A stretch of 38,221 bases of DNA from Actinomycetota bacterium (GCA_046729535.1 JBKPGU010000125.1:1-38221); one strand, 5' to 3'; shown: positions 1 through 7,878, numbered from the stretch's first letter. Numbers and translations: made by a program. Notes: a model not told the origin generated them from the sequence alone.

Positions 1-46
1 CGAACTCCGTCACGCCCTGGACGAGGCCGAGCACGATGGCCTGCAC
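1..46 (-). CDS. uppP: undecaprenyl-diphosphate phosphatase (UppP/BacA); only the first 15 codons, as the gene runs off the left edge
   Basis: The minus strand from GTG at 46..44 reads VQAIVLGLVQGVTEF. This matches the conserved UppP N-terminus (..IVLG.VQG(L/V)TEFLPVSS). The uppP position next to the phosphatase/DUF3090/SCO1664 trio matches mycobacterial synteny. Only 15 aa are visible. Confidence 0.5.
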   Translation of the reverse strand, partial: MQAIVLGLVQGVTEF

Positions 47-119
47 AACGCTCGTTGTCGGACTCCTTCGGCTATCCCGTGACCCGTGCGTGCGGTGCGA
101 ACCCTACACTTGAACGGAG

Positions 120-1526
120 ATGGCGGCCGAGGACGAAGGAGGGCGCCCCTCCACACTGACGGTCCGGTTCCGCAAGCAGGCCGTCGCGGTTCTGAGCGTG
201 CTCTTGGCCCTCGCGATCATCCTGGATCGCGTGCTGGAGGGGTTCTTCGCCGATCAACTCGCGGTCCGGGTTGCCTTGGGCGTGGGGTTCGGCGTGGCCG
301 CCCTGACGGCCCTCCTGGCCTTGGTCTTCGTCGCCGGCAGCGTGCTGCGACCCGTTCGGACCGTCACCGCGTCCGTCGAGCGGATCGGCCGGGGGGAACC
401 GAGCGCCAACCTACCCGAGCATGGGGCAGAAGAGCTGGCCGGGCTGGCTCAGACGGTCAACCGGATGCGCCGGGACGTCGAGGAGCGCATCGAAGCCGTC
501 CGTCGGGAGCAGGGAACCCGCGAGGCGATCCTGGCCGCGCTGGGCGAAGGGGTCGTCCTCTTCGACCGGGATGGGACCGGGCTGTACCGGAATGGACCGG
601 CCGAAGAGCTGCTCGGTCCGGGCCAGGATGAGGCGAGCAAGCTCCTCCCCCTGGAGCTTCGAGAGCTCGTCGAGCGGTCCCGCAAAGAAGGGGCTTCCCG
701 CCAGGCGCAGGTGACAACGGCTCGAGACAGGACGTTCCAGGCGATCACCGTCCCAGTCTCCGGGGAGGGACAGATCTTGCTCGTCCTCCGGGACATCACC
801 CACGACCGCCGGGTCGAGGCGGTTCGCCGCGAGTTCGTAACGAACGCCTCCCACGAGCTCAAGACCCCGGTGGCCTCCATCCGGGCCCTGGCGGAGACCA
901 TCGCCGCCTCCCTGCCGAACGACCCGGAGGCGACGGGACGGTTCGTGGCCCAGCTCGAAACCGAGGCCGTCCGGCTGTCGCGGATCATCTCGGACCTGCT
1001 GGACCTGTCGAGGCTCGAGGCCGAGGCCGGCGAACGGGTTCCCGTCCGATTCGACGACATCGTGGCGGAAGAGGTTCGGCGGTTCGAGCCAGCCGCTCGT
1101 GAGGCAGGGCTGAGCCTCGCGGTGACCCGCCTGGACCCCGCCGAGGTCATGGGGTCCGGGGCCGACCTCTCCCTGCTGGTCCGGAACCTGGTGGCGAACG
1201 CGACCCAGTACACCCGGCCCGGAGGGGAGGTGGAGGTTTCCCTGGCCATGGACGAGGACACAGCCGTGCTGACCGTTCGAGACACCGGCATCGGCATCCC
1301 TACCCGTGACCAGGACCGGGTCTTCGAGCGCTTCTACCGGGTCGACCGAGCCAGGTCGAGGGAGACCGGGGGCACCGGTCTGGGCCTGTCGATCGTGAAG
1401 CACGTGGTCGAGAACCACGGCGGTAGCGTGCTTGTCCACAGCGAGCTGGGCCGCGGTTCGAGCTTCGTGATCCGGATACCCACCGCTCCGGTCCGGGAGA
1501 CCGAGAGTATCCTTCCCCGGCCATGA
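120..1526 (+). CDS. membrane sensor histidine kinase (2 TM, HAMP, PAS, HisKA, HATPase_c), SenX3/PhoR-like; no cognate response regulator in the window
   Basis: ATG at 120. Two hydrophobic helices near the N-terminus. H-box FVTNASHELKTPVASI. N-box LVANATQYT. G-boxes DTGIGIP and GGTGLGLSIVKHVVENHGG. The stop overlaps the next start (ATGA at 1523-1526). Confidence 0.9.
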   Translation: MAAEDEGGRPSTLTVRFRKQAVAVLSVLLALAIILDRVLEGFFADQLAVRVALGVGFGVAALTALLALVFVAGSVLRPVRTVTASVERIGRGEPSANLPEHGAEELAGLAQTVNRMRRDVEERIEAVRREQGTREAILAALGEGVVLFDRDGTGLYRNGPAEELLGPGQDEASKLLPLELRELVERSRKEGASRQAQVTTARDRTFQAITVPVSGEGQILLVLRDITHDRRVEAVRREFVTNASHELKTPVASIRALAETIAASLPNDPEATGRFVAQLETEAVRLSRIISDLLDLSRLEAEAGERVPVRFDDIVAEEVRRFEPAAREAGLSLAVTRLDPAEVMGSGADLSLLVRNLVANATQYTRPGGEVEVSLAMDEDTAVLTVRDTGIGIPTRDQDRVFERFYRVDRARSRETGGTGLGLSIVKHVVENHGGSVLVHSELGRGSSFVIRIPTAPVRETESILPRP

Positions 1527-2188
1527 CCCTGCTGCTCCTCGTTCGGCACGCCGTCACCGACGTCACGGGCAAGCGGTTGTCCGGCTCGCTTCCGGGGATC
1601 CACCTCTCGGAGGAGGGCCGGCTACAGGCCAAGGGGCTCGCCGAGCGCCTCGCGCCGCTCCGCCTCACGGCCGTCTACGCCAGTCCGCTGGAGCGATGCG
1701 TGGAGACGGGGGAGCCCATCGCCGCGGCAAGGCGTCTGGAGATCGCCGTCCTGGCCGACCTGGAGGAGGTCGGGTACGGACAGTGGGCCGGCCGCCCGAT
1801 CGCCGGCCTGATGAAGACGAAGCTGTGGCGGCGCATCCAGCTGCTGCCCTCCTCTGTTGAGTTCCCCGGGGGCGAGACCCTGGTCGGGGCCCAGCGACGG
1901 GCGGTGGCGGCATTGGACGGAATCGCCCGTCGCTCGCCGCGAGGGGTGGTCGTTGCGGTGACCCACGCCGACGTGATCCGGCTGGCTCTCGCCCACTACG
2001 CCGGTGTGCACATCGACCTGTTCCAGCGTTTCACGGTGAGCCCGGCGTCGGTCTCCGCCCTCGTCCTGGGGGACCGGATCCCGCGCATCCTCCGGGTCAA
2101 CGACACGGGGACGCTGGCCGACCTGGCTGGACGGGAACGCCCCCTCGGTTCGTCCAACGGCCATCGCCGACCGAGGCGGCAGGAGTAG
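1523..2188 (+). CDS. histidine phosphatase superfamily protein (phosphoglycerate-mutase-like; MSMEG_4193 / Rv2135c-type putative phosphomutase)
   Basis: N-terminal RHG-type motif LLLVRHAVTD (catalytic His). A later VTHADVIR motif. Sits directly upstream of DUF3090 and SCO1664-family genes, as in mycobacteria. Confidence 0.85.
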   Translation: MTLLLLVRHAVTDVTGKRLSGSLPGIHLSEEGRLQAKGLAERLAPLRLTAVYASPLERCVETGEPIAAARRLEIAVLADLEEVGYGQWAGRPIAGLMKTKLWRRIQLLPSSVEFPGGETLVGAQRRAVAALDGIARRSPRGVVVAVTHADVIRLALAHYAGVHIDLFQRFTVSPASVSALVLGDRIPRILRVNDTGTLADLAGRERPLGSSNGHRRPRRQE

Positions 2189-2204
2189 CTCCTAGGATGG
2201 AGAA

Positions 2205-2849
2205 GTGCTGATCGAGCTCGACCCCGTGGACCGGCTCACGGCAGACGCCGTTGGTTCACCGGGAGCGCGGGTCTTCTACATCCAGGGGAAGAAGGAGGAC
2301 CACATCGTCACGCTCCTGGTGGAGAAGCAGCAGGTCCAACTGCTGGCAGCCTCCGTGGTGGAGATCCTTTCCCGGGTGGGCAAGGAGACGGGGCAAGGAC
2401 CTCCCGAGGAGGCCATGGGGCTCGACGAACCCGTCGTGCCCGAGTGGCGGGCCGGTCGCCTTTCGATCGGGTACCAGGAGGAGCGCGACCTGCTACTGCT
2501 CGAAGCCGAGGAACTTCTCCCCGAGGACGAGGTCGACGAAGCCGAAGCTGAAGAGGAAGAAGACGAGACGGAGGAAGGACTCGGGGAGGAGGACCTGACC
2601 ACGCTCGAGGCAGAGCGGGAAGCGGAGCTCGAGACCGGCCTGGAAACACCCGTCGAACCGGAGCTCGAGGCCGAAAGGGGGAAGGTTCGCTTCTGGGCTA
2701 CGCGCGAGCAGATGCTGTCGCTGGCCCGCCACGGCGCGGCGGTGTGCGCGGCCGGACGACCCCGATGTCAGTTGTGCGGCAACCCCATCGATCCGGAGGG
2801 ACACCAGTGTCCGGCGCTGAACGGCCACCGCGGGCAGAGCGGCGCGTGA
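2205..2849 (+). CDS. DUF3090 family protein with a long acidic insert and a C-terminal Cys/His knuckle
   Basis: GTG at 2205, 16 nt after the upstream stop. N-terminus LDPVDRLTADAVGSPGARVFYIQG. C-terminus AGRPRCQLCGNPIDPEGHQCPALNGH, typical of DUF3090. Acidic stretch at residues ~100-157. Confidence 0.8.
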   Translation: MLIELDPVDRLTADAVGSPGARVFYIQGKKEDHIVTLLVEKQQVQLLAASVVEILSRVGKETGQGPPEEAMGLDEPVVPEWRAGRLSIGYQEERDLLLLEAEELLPEDEVDEAEAEEEEDETEEGLGEEDLTTLEAEREAELETGLETPVEPELEAERGKVRFWATREQMLSLARHGAAVCAAGRPRCQLCGNPIDPEGHQCPALNGHRGQSGA

Positions 2850-3580
2850 CTGCAGCCCAATCCGTCTCCCCCACCGACGCCGCAGCCGTTCGGTTCCTGG
2901 CCGAGGCCGAGGTCCGCCTGCTGGGGCTGATGCCCCGGGCGTCCAACTACACGTTCATGGTGGAGCTCAGCGATGGAGACCGCACGGGGTTCGGCGTGTA
3001 CAAGCCTCGTGAAGGGGAGACGCCCCTGTGGGACTTCCCCGAGGGGACGCTCTGCAACCGGGAGGTTGCGGCGTTTGTCCTGGCTCGCGGCCTCGGGTGG
3101 CCGCGGGTCCCGCCGACCGTCCTGCGGGAGGGCCCCCATGGCCCGGGTTCGGTCCAGTTGTTCGTCGAGCCGGCCACCGGCGACCACTTCTTCACGCTCC
3201 GCGAACGCTGTCTCGACGAATTCCGGCCCGTCGCTGCGTTCGACGTCATCGCGAACAACGCCGATCGGAAGTCGGGCCACTGCTTGCCGGCCTCGGACGG
3301 GAGCATCTGGGTCGTGGACCATGGCGTCTGCTTCGGCGAGGAGCCGAAGCTCCACACCGTCATCTGGGACTTCGCCGGGGAACGGGTGCCGGGTCCCCTT
3401 CTCGCCGACGTCGAGCGGGTGGCCGGCGAGCTTCGATCCGGCCCCGTCCGGGACGAGCTCCTTGGGCTGCTGGGCGAAGGCGAGGTCGAGGCCACGGGCA
3501 GCCGGGCGGAAGATCTGCTCCGCGCCCCGCGCTTCCCCCACCCCGGCCCGGACCGGGCGTATCCGTGGCCACCGGTCTGA
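2846..3580 (+). CDS. SCO1664 family protein (PI3/PI4-kinase-like catalytic fold)
   Basis: The in-frame GTG at 2846 overlaps the DUF3090 stop (GTGA). Kinase-like catalytic-loop motif NNADRKSGH and metal-binding VVDHGVCFG. The ORF-track start at 2744 would overlap the upstream gene by 105 nt, so I prefer 2846. Confidence 0.75.
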   Translation: MTAAQSVSPTDAAAVRFLAEAEVRLLGLMPRASNYTFMVELSDGDRTGFGVYKPREGETPLWDFPEGTLCNREVAAFVLARGLGWPRVPPTVLREGPHGPGSVQLFVEPATGDHFFTLRERCLDEFRPVAAFDVIANNADRKSGHCLPASDGSIWVVDHGVCFGEEPKLHTVIWDFAGERVPGPLLADVERVAGELRSGPVRDELLGLLGEGEVEATGSRAEDLLRAPRFPHPGPDRAYPWPPV

Positions 3581-3631
3581 CCGCCTCGTGCCCCATCTCA
3601 CGTTCCGGCGGGCCGGTGCGTTCAACTCTCG

Positions 3632-4222
3632 ATGGGCGCGCAGATGACTGGCGCTGAGGCCAGAACACGAAGGGCAGGGTGGCGAGGGGCGATCCCCCCG
3701 TTCCAGGTGTTCCTGGAGGAGCATCGGAAGGTCGTCTACCGGTTCCTGCTGGCCCAGGTGGGACCGAACGAGGCCGACGACTGCTTCCAGGAAGCGTTCC
3801 TGGCCGCACTTCGATCGTATCCGAAGCTCCGAGACGCGGCGAACCTTCGGGTGTGGATCCTGACAATCGCCACCCGCAAGGCGTTGGACGCGGGCCGGCG
3901 CCGGCAACGCCAACCGATTGTGGTGGGGGATGTGGCGGAGGTGGCAGACGTGCCGGACGGAGCGGCCGAACGCGAGGTGTTCGACCGCTTGGCGTCCCAG
4001 AACGGTCTCTGGCGAGCCGTGCGGGAGCTACCGCCGCGACAACGAGCCGCCGTCGTACATCGGTTCGTCCTGGACCGCTCGTACGCGGAGATCGGGGAAG
4101 CCATGGAGTCCACCGAGGAGGCGGCTCGAGCGAACGTCTACCAGGGTGTGAAGAAGCTCCGGGAGCTGAAGGATTCGTGGCAGCCGGGGGACGACGAGGC
4201 GTTGGAACGGAGTCCGGGATGA
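3632..4222 (+). CDS. ECF-type RNA polymerase sigma-70 family factor
   Basis: Region 2: VYRFLLAQVGPNEADDCFQEAFLAALRSYPKL....VWILTIATRKALD. Region 4 HTH: LPPRQRAAVVHRFVLDRSYAEIGEAMESTEEAARANVYQGVKKLRE. An alternative ATG lies at 3644. Confidence 0.85.
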   Translation: MGAQMTGAEARTRRAGWRGAIPPFQVFLEEHRKVVYRFLLAQVGPNEADDCFQEAFLAALRSYPKLRDAANLRVWILTIATRKALDAGRRRQRQPIVVGDVAEVADVPDGAAEREVFDRLASQNGLWRAVRELPPRQRAAVVHRFVLDRSYAEIGEAMESTEEAARANVYQGVKKLRELKDSWQPGDDEALERSPG

Positions 4223-4830
4223 ACGCGATGCAGAGGGAGATGAAGGAGTTGGTGAAGGTGATGGGGGACCGGTCGGCGGAGCTGGCCGCCTCGGTGGCGG
4301 AACTGGCCGGGGCCAGCGGCCTGATCGACGTGGCCTACTCCTTCGTCGACTCTCCGTTCGGAGAACTGCTCGTCGCGGTGACCAAGCAGGGCCTGGTCAG
4401 GGTCGATTACCCGAATCACGACTTCGACGAGACGCTGGAAGAGCTCGCCGCGAAAGTGTCCCCCAGGGTGCTGGAATCGCCGCGGTCAACCGATGGGGTC
4501 CGCCGCGAGCTGGAGGAGTACTTCTCCGGCGACCGTCATTCGTTCACCGTCCAGGTCGACCTCTCCCTGGTGCACGGGTTCACCCGGAAGGTGCTGGAGC
4601 AGACGGCCCGCATCCCCTTCGGGGCGGTGTCCACGTACCGGGAGGTGGCCACGCGGGCTGGCAGTCCCCTCGCCGTTCGAGCCACAGGCAACGCTCTCGG
4701 TTCGAACCCCATCCCCATCGTGGTTCCTTGCCACCGAGTGGTTCGGACCGGCGGCGGCCTGGGCGGCTACACCGGCGGCCTCGACCGGAAGGTCAAGCTC
4801 CTCCAGCTGGAGGGCGTCACCATTCCCTGA
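4219..4830 (+). CDS. ogt: methylated-DNA--protein-cysteine S-methyltransferase (Ogt/MGMT) with a ~35-aa N-terminal extension
   Basis: The ATG at 4219 overlaps the sigma stop (ATGA). Active site IVVPCHRVV. Helix-turn-helix STYREVATRAG. GGLDRKVKLLQLEG tail. The 383-aa ORF-track version begins in an alternative frame of the sigma gene and is rejected. Confidence 0.9.
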   Translation: MNAMQREMKELVKVMGDRSAELAASVAELAGASGLIDVAYSFVDSPFGELLVAVTKQGLVRVDYPNHDFDETLEELAAKVSPRVLESPRSTDGVRRELEEYFSGDRHSFTVQVDLSLVHGFTRKVLEQTARIPFGAVSTYREVATRAGSPLAVRATGNALGSNPIPIVVPCHRVVRTGGGLGGYTGGLDRKVKLLQLEGVTIP

Positions 4831-4870
4831 GCCGAGTCGCTCGAGGTACCTCGCCGACTACTCTGGCGTC

Positions 4871-5395
4871 ATGGACGAAGCCGACGTGTGGGACCGGCTG
4901 AAGGCCGCCCGCGTCGGCCACCTGGCCACCAGCGGCCTCGACGGTACCCCCCACGTGGTGCCCTTCGTCTTCGCCGTCGAAGGCCGCACCATCTACTGGA
5001 CCGTCGACGCCAAACCCAAACGATCGAGGGAGCTCAAACGGGTGGCGAACATGCGAGCAAATCCCAACGTCGAAGTGGTCATCGACAACTACCAAGAGAA
5101 CTGGCACGAACTCTGGTGGGTCAGAGCCAAGGGAGTTGCCCGCATCCTAGAACCAGGCGACGAGTGGGAACGAGGCATCCGTCTGCTGACGGAGAAGTAC
5201 AGGCAATACGAATCGAATGCTCCGCCAGGCCCGGTCGTAGCGATCGACGTGGTCAAAGTGGTCGGCTGGGACGCCGGCGCCGGGCGGCGCGTAGCCGGGG
5301 AGGCCCCCGCGGGCGCGGAGCGAAGTGAGCACCCGCGGGGGCCCGGCGTCAACAGCCGCCCCGTCCCCGGTTCCCACCACCCCCCCGGCGACTAG
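4871..5395 (+). CDS. pyridoxamine 5'-phosphate oxidase (PPOX) family protein, probably an F420-dependent class
   Basis: ATG at 4871. LKAARVGHLATSGLDGTPHVVPFVFAVEGRTIYWTVD...NPNVEVVID....WWVRAKG is typical of the split-barrel PPOX/FMN-binding fold. About 35 aa of low-complexity C-terminal tail. Confidence 0.7.
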   Translation: MDEADVWDRLKAARVGHLATSGLDGTPHVVPFVFAVEGRTIYWTVDAKPKRSRELKRVANMRANPNVEVVIDNYQENWHELWWVRAKGVARILEPGDEWERGIRLLTEKYRQYESNAPPGPVVAIDVVKVVGWDAGAGRRVAGEAPAGAERSEHPRGPGVNSRPVPGSHHPPGD

Positions 5396-5437
5396 CCGCG
5401 ACAAGAGTTATCCGGAACCGGCGGTACCATCGATTGC

Positions 5438-6403
5438 ATGGACGACCGCGTCCCACCCATCCCCGATCCCCCCGGTCGGATCCCACCCCGGCCCGTCCCA
5501 GGTTCAGGCCCGGACCCGGGCAAGCCTGCCGAGCGGACCTCGGGGCTCACCTTGGAGCCCTGCTACCGGCACCCCGACGTGTTGACCGGGGTCCACTGCA
5601 CGCGCTGCGGAAGGCCCATCTGTCCCGATTGCATGCGACCCGCTCCCGTCGGCTACCAGTGCCCGGACGACGCAGGTTCGCAGCGGCAGACGGCCCGCGG
5701 CCGGTCCACCCTGACCCTCGGGGGAACCGGCACGGTCACCCGCGCCCTGCTCATCGTGAACATCGCGATGTTCGTGCTGGAGGTAGCGGCGGGCGTGGGA
5801 AGCGCGGTGGCAGGGAACCCGAGCCTGCGAACCCTGTACAACCTGGGGGCCATGCAGCCCCTCGCCGTCGCCCGGGGCCACCAGTACTGGCGCCTGTTCA
5901 CCGCGATGTTCCTGCACGCCGGCTTGATCCACCTGGCCCTGAACATGTATGGCCTGTACCTGTTCGGGTCGATCATCGAGAGGATCTACGGCCAGGTCCG
6001 GTTCCTCGCGATCTACTTCGCGTCCGGCCTGATGGCCAGCGTCGCCTCGTTCGTCTTCAGCGATCCCCGGTCCGTGGCGGTCGGCGCGTCCGGAGCCATC
6101 TTCGGTCTGCTCGGCGCATGGGTGGCGTACAACTTCCGGCGTCGCGGAGATGCGTTCGCCTCGACCAACCTGCGATGGGCGCTGATGCTGATCGGGATCA
6201 ACCTGGTCCTCGGGTTCTCCTTCGCCGGCATCGACAACTTCGCGCACCTCGGCGGGCTGGTCACCGGGGCCGTGGCGGGGACGCTCGCCGAGGGTGTCGG
6301 GCCGCGCGAGGTCAGGGGCGTCGTTCAGGCCGTCGGCTTCGCCGCGATCGCGTTCCTGGGCGTGGCCCTCACCATGTTGAGGGTCGCCGCTCTGTCAGGA
6401 TAG
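5438..6403 (+). CDS. rhomboid family intramembrane serine protease with an N-terminal zinc ribbon
   Basis: CYRHPDVLTGVHCTRCGRPICPDC zinc ribbon. Multi-TM core with catalytic GASGAIFGL (GxSG) and the FAHLGGLVTG histidine helix. Confidence 0.9.
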   Translation: MDDRVPPIPDPPGRIPPRPVPGSGPDPGKPAERTSGLTLEPCYRHPDVLTGVHCTRCGRPICPDCMRPAPVGYQCPDDAGSQRQTARGRSTLTLGGTGTVTRALLIVNIAMFVLEVAAGVGSAVAGNPSLRTLYNLGAMQPLAVARGHQYWRLFTAMFLHAGLIHLALNMYGLYLFGSIIERIYGQVRFLAIYFASGLMASVASFVFSDPRSVAVGASGAIFGLLGAWVAYNFRRRGDAFASTNLRWALMLIGINLVLGFSFAGIDNFAHLGGLVTGAVAGTLAEGVGPREVRGVVQAVGFAAIAFLGVALTMLRVAALSG

Positions 6404-6441
6404 CCCCGGGCCTCCTCGCGGGGGGGCAGGCGCCGAAACGC

Positions 6442-7827
6442 CTACGTCGAGACCCGGACCGAGTAGACGGGAGCGAGATGCTCGGCGACGGTGGCCCACG
6501 TCGCTCCTCCGTCGACCGACCCGAACACCTCTCCGGACTCCGCACCGAAGTACAGTCCCAGCGGCGTCTTGCCGTCGTGCCCAAGAGCCTGGCGGAGGAC
6601 GGTGAGGTAGGCGTCGTCCTGTGGAAGGCCGTTGGAGAGCGGCCACCAGGTATCGCCTCGATCGCGGGTCTCGAAGACCCGCACCTTCCCATCCGGAGTG
6701 ACCCGGTCGAAGTCGCCTCGCAGCGGGATGATGAAGGCCCGATCGGGGTCGGCGGGGTCGATCGCCATCGGGAAGCCGAAGTCCGACGGCAACCCGCCCC
6801 CCGATCCGATGTCCTCCCACGACTCCCCCGCGTCGTCGGACCGGTACACGCCACCGTGGAACTGCATGTAGAGCGTGGTCGGCTCCAGCGGCGCGCGATG
6901 CATATTGTGGACGCACAGGTCGGTGATCCCCTCCCGCGCCTCCTCCGGGATGTAGCGGGGAACGAGACCTCGGTTCCCACGCCTCCACGAGTCGCCGCCG
7001 TCCTCCGACAGCCACACGCCGGCGGCGGAGATCGCGATGGCCAGCCTCGAAGGGTCGTCCGGCCAGGTGCAGATCGAGTGGAGGCACAGGCCACCTGCCC
7101 CGGGTGACCAGTCCTTGCGGCTCGGTTCGTCCCACAGCCCCTTGTTCAGGGTCCAGGTCCGGCCGCCGTCTCCGCTCTTGAACAACGCCGCCGGCGCCAC
7201 GCCGGCCCACACGACGCCCTCCTCGATGCCCGGCTGGATCGACCAGATCCGCTCGACCGCGCTGTCCGAACCCTCCGGGAACGCCGGCCCCTGCGCCTGG
7301 GTCCACTCGCCCGTTGGATCCTCCGTGTAGTACAGCTGCGGGCCGTACTGCCCTTGTGTCACCGAGGCCATGTAGGTGCCGGTGCGCGGATCGCGAACGG
7401 CGAACTCAACCACGGAGCCCTCGAACCGCCGGGCCACCTCACGCATCGATCCCCCCCTGGGCCCTCGTAGGACGAACAGGCCCTTCCTGGTCCCCGCCAG
7501 AAGCTCGGCCTCCTCATGCTCGTCGGCTTCGGGAACCTGGGTCTGGGTGCGGGTTGCCGTCTGAAGAGCGCCCCCGGAGATCGCAGGCAGCACGTGCACC
7601 GTGTCGGAAGGCGCGACGGGGGACTCCTGCCCGGTCCGCTCGCCGTTGACGAAGATCGCGATGTGTTCGCGGACACGGCCCCGTTCGTCCATGAGCCAGC
7701 CCCGCAACCTGGGGTAGGCGCGCTCGAGCCTTTCGATGACCTCGGCCACGGTCGAACCCCGCACCTCGAGCTTGCCGGAGCCGTCCGCGAGGTCCCGCAG
7801 CGGCGAGCGAAGGCTGACGACCGCCAT
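6442..7827 (-). CDS. fusion protein: N-terminal ThiS/MoaD-like beta-grasp (residues 1-86, ending ..LPAISGG), then an acidic/Thr-rich linker, then a BNR/Asp-box repeat beta-propeller (annotated in relatives as exo-alpha-sialidase-like / BNR repeat protein)
   Basis: ATG at 7827. MoaD-like LEVRGSTVAEVIERL...HIAIFVNGE....DTVHVLPAISGG. Five Asp-box motifs: SGDGGRTW, SEDGGDSW, SDDAGESW, TRDRGDTW, SVDGGATW. A single uninterrupted 461-codon frame. Confidence 0.85.
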   Translation of the reverse strand: MAVVSLRSPLRDLADGSGKLEVRGSTVAEVIERLERAYPRLRGWLMDERGRVREHIAIFVNGERTGQESPVAPSDTVHVLPAISGGALQTATRTQTQVPEADEHEEAELLAGTRKGLFVLRGPRGGSMREVARRFEGSVVEFAVRDPRTGTYMASVTQGQYGPQLYYTEDPTGEWTQAQGPAFPEGSDSAVERIWSIQPGIEEGVVWAGVAPAALFKSGDGGRTWTLNKGLWDEPSRKDWSPGAGGLCLHSICTWPDDPSRLAIAISAAGVWLSEDGGDSWRRGNRGLVPRYIPEEAREGITDLCVHNMHRAPLEPTTLYMQFHGGVYRSDDAGESWEDIGSGGGLPSDFGFPMAIDPADPDRAFIIPLRGDFDRVTPDGKVRVFETRDRGDTWWPLSNGLPQDDAYLTVLRQALGHDGKTPLGLYFGAESGEVFGSVDGGATWATVAEHLAPVYSVRVST

Positions 7828-7847
7828 AGAGGGGAAGTCTAGCCGCG

Positions 7848-7866
7848 GCGCGCTGACCTAGCGCGC
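7848..7866 (-). promoter_or_regulatory. GC-rich intercistronic hairpin between the thioredoxin-like gene and the MoaD-BNR gene
   Basis: GCGCGCT (7848-7854), loop GACCT, AGCGCGC (7860-7866): a perfect 7-bp stem. No U-tract on either strand, so it is not a classic intrinsic terminator. Confidence 0.25.
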
Positions 7867-7878
7867 GTTCCGGGAGCC

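Noticed and set aside
3679-4218. N-terminal 180 aa of the 383-aa ORF 3679-4830
   Set aside because: It is an alternative frame of the ECF sigma gene with a shadow-like composition. MGMT homology starts only after the ATG at 4219.
5434-7107. A 557-aa plus-strand ORF overlapping the rhomboid and MoaD-BNR genes
   Set aside because: It is an alternative frame of the rhomboid gene and antisense to the BNR gene. The composition is extremely Arg/Pro/Gly-rich and there are no motifs.
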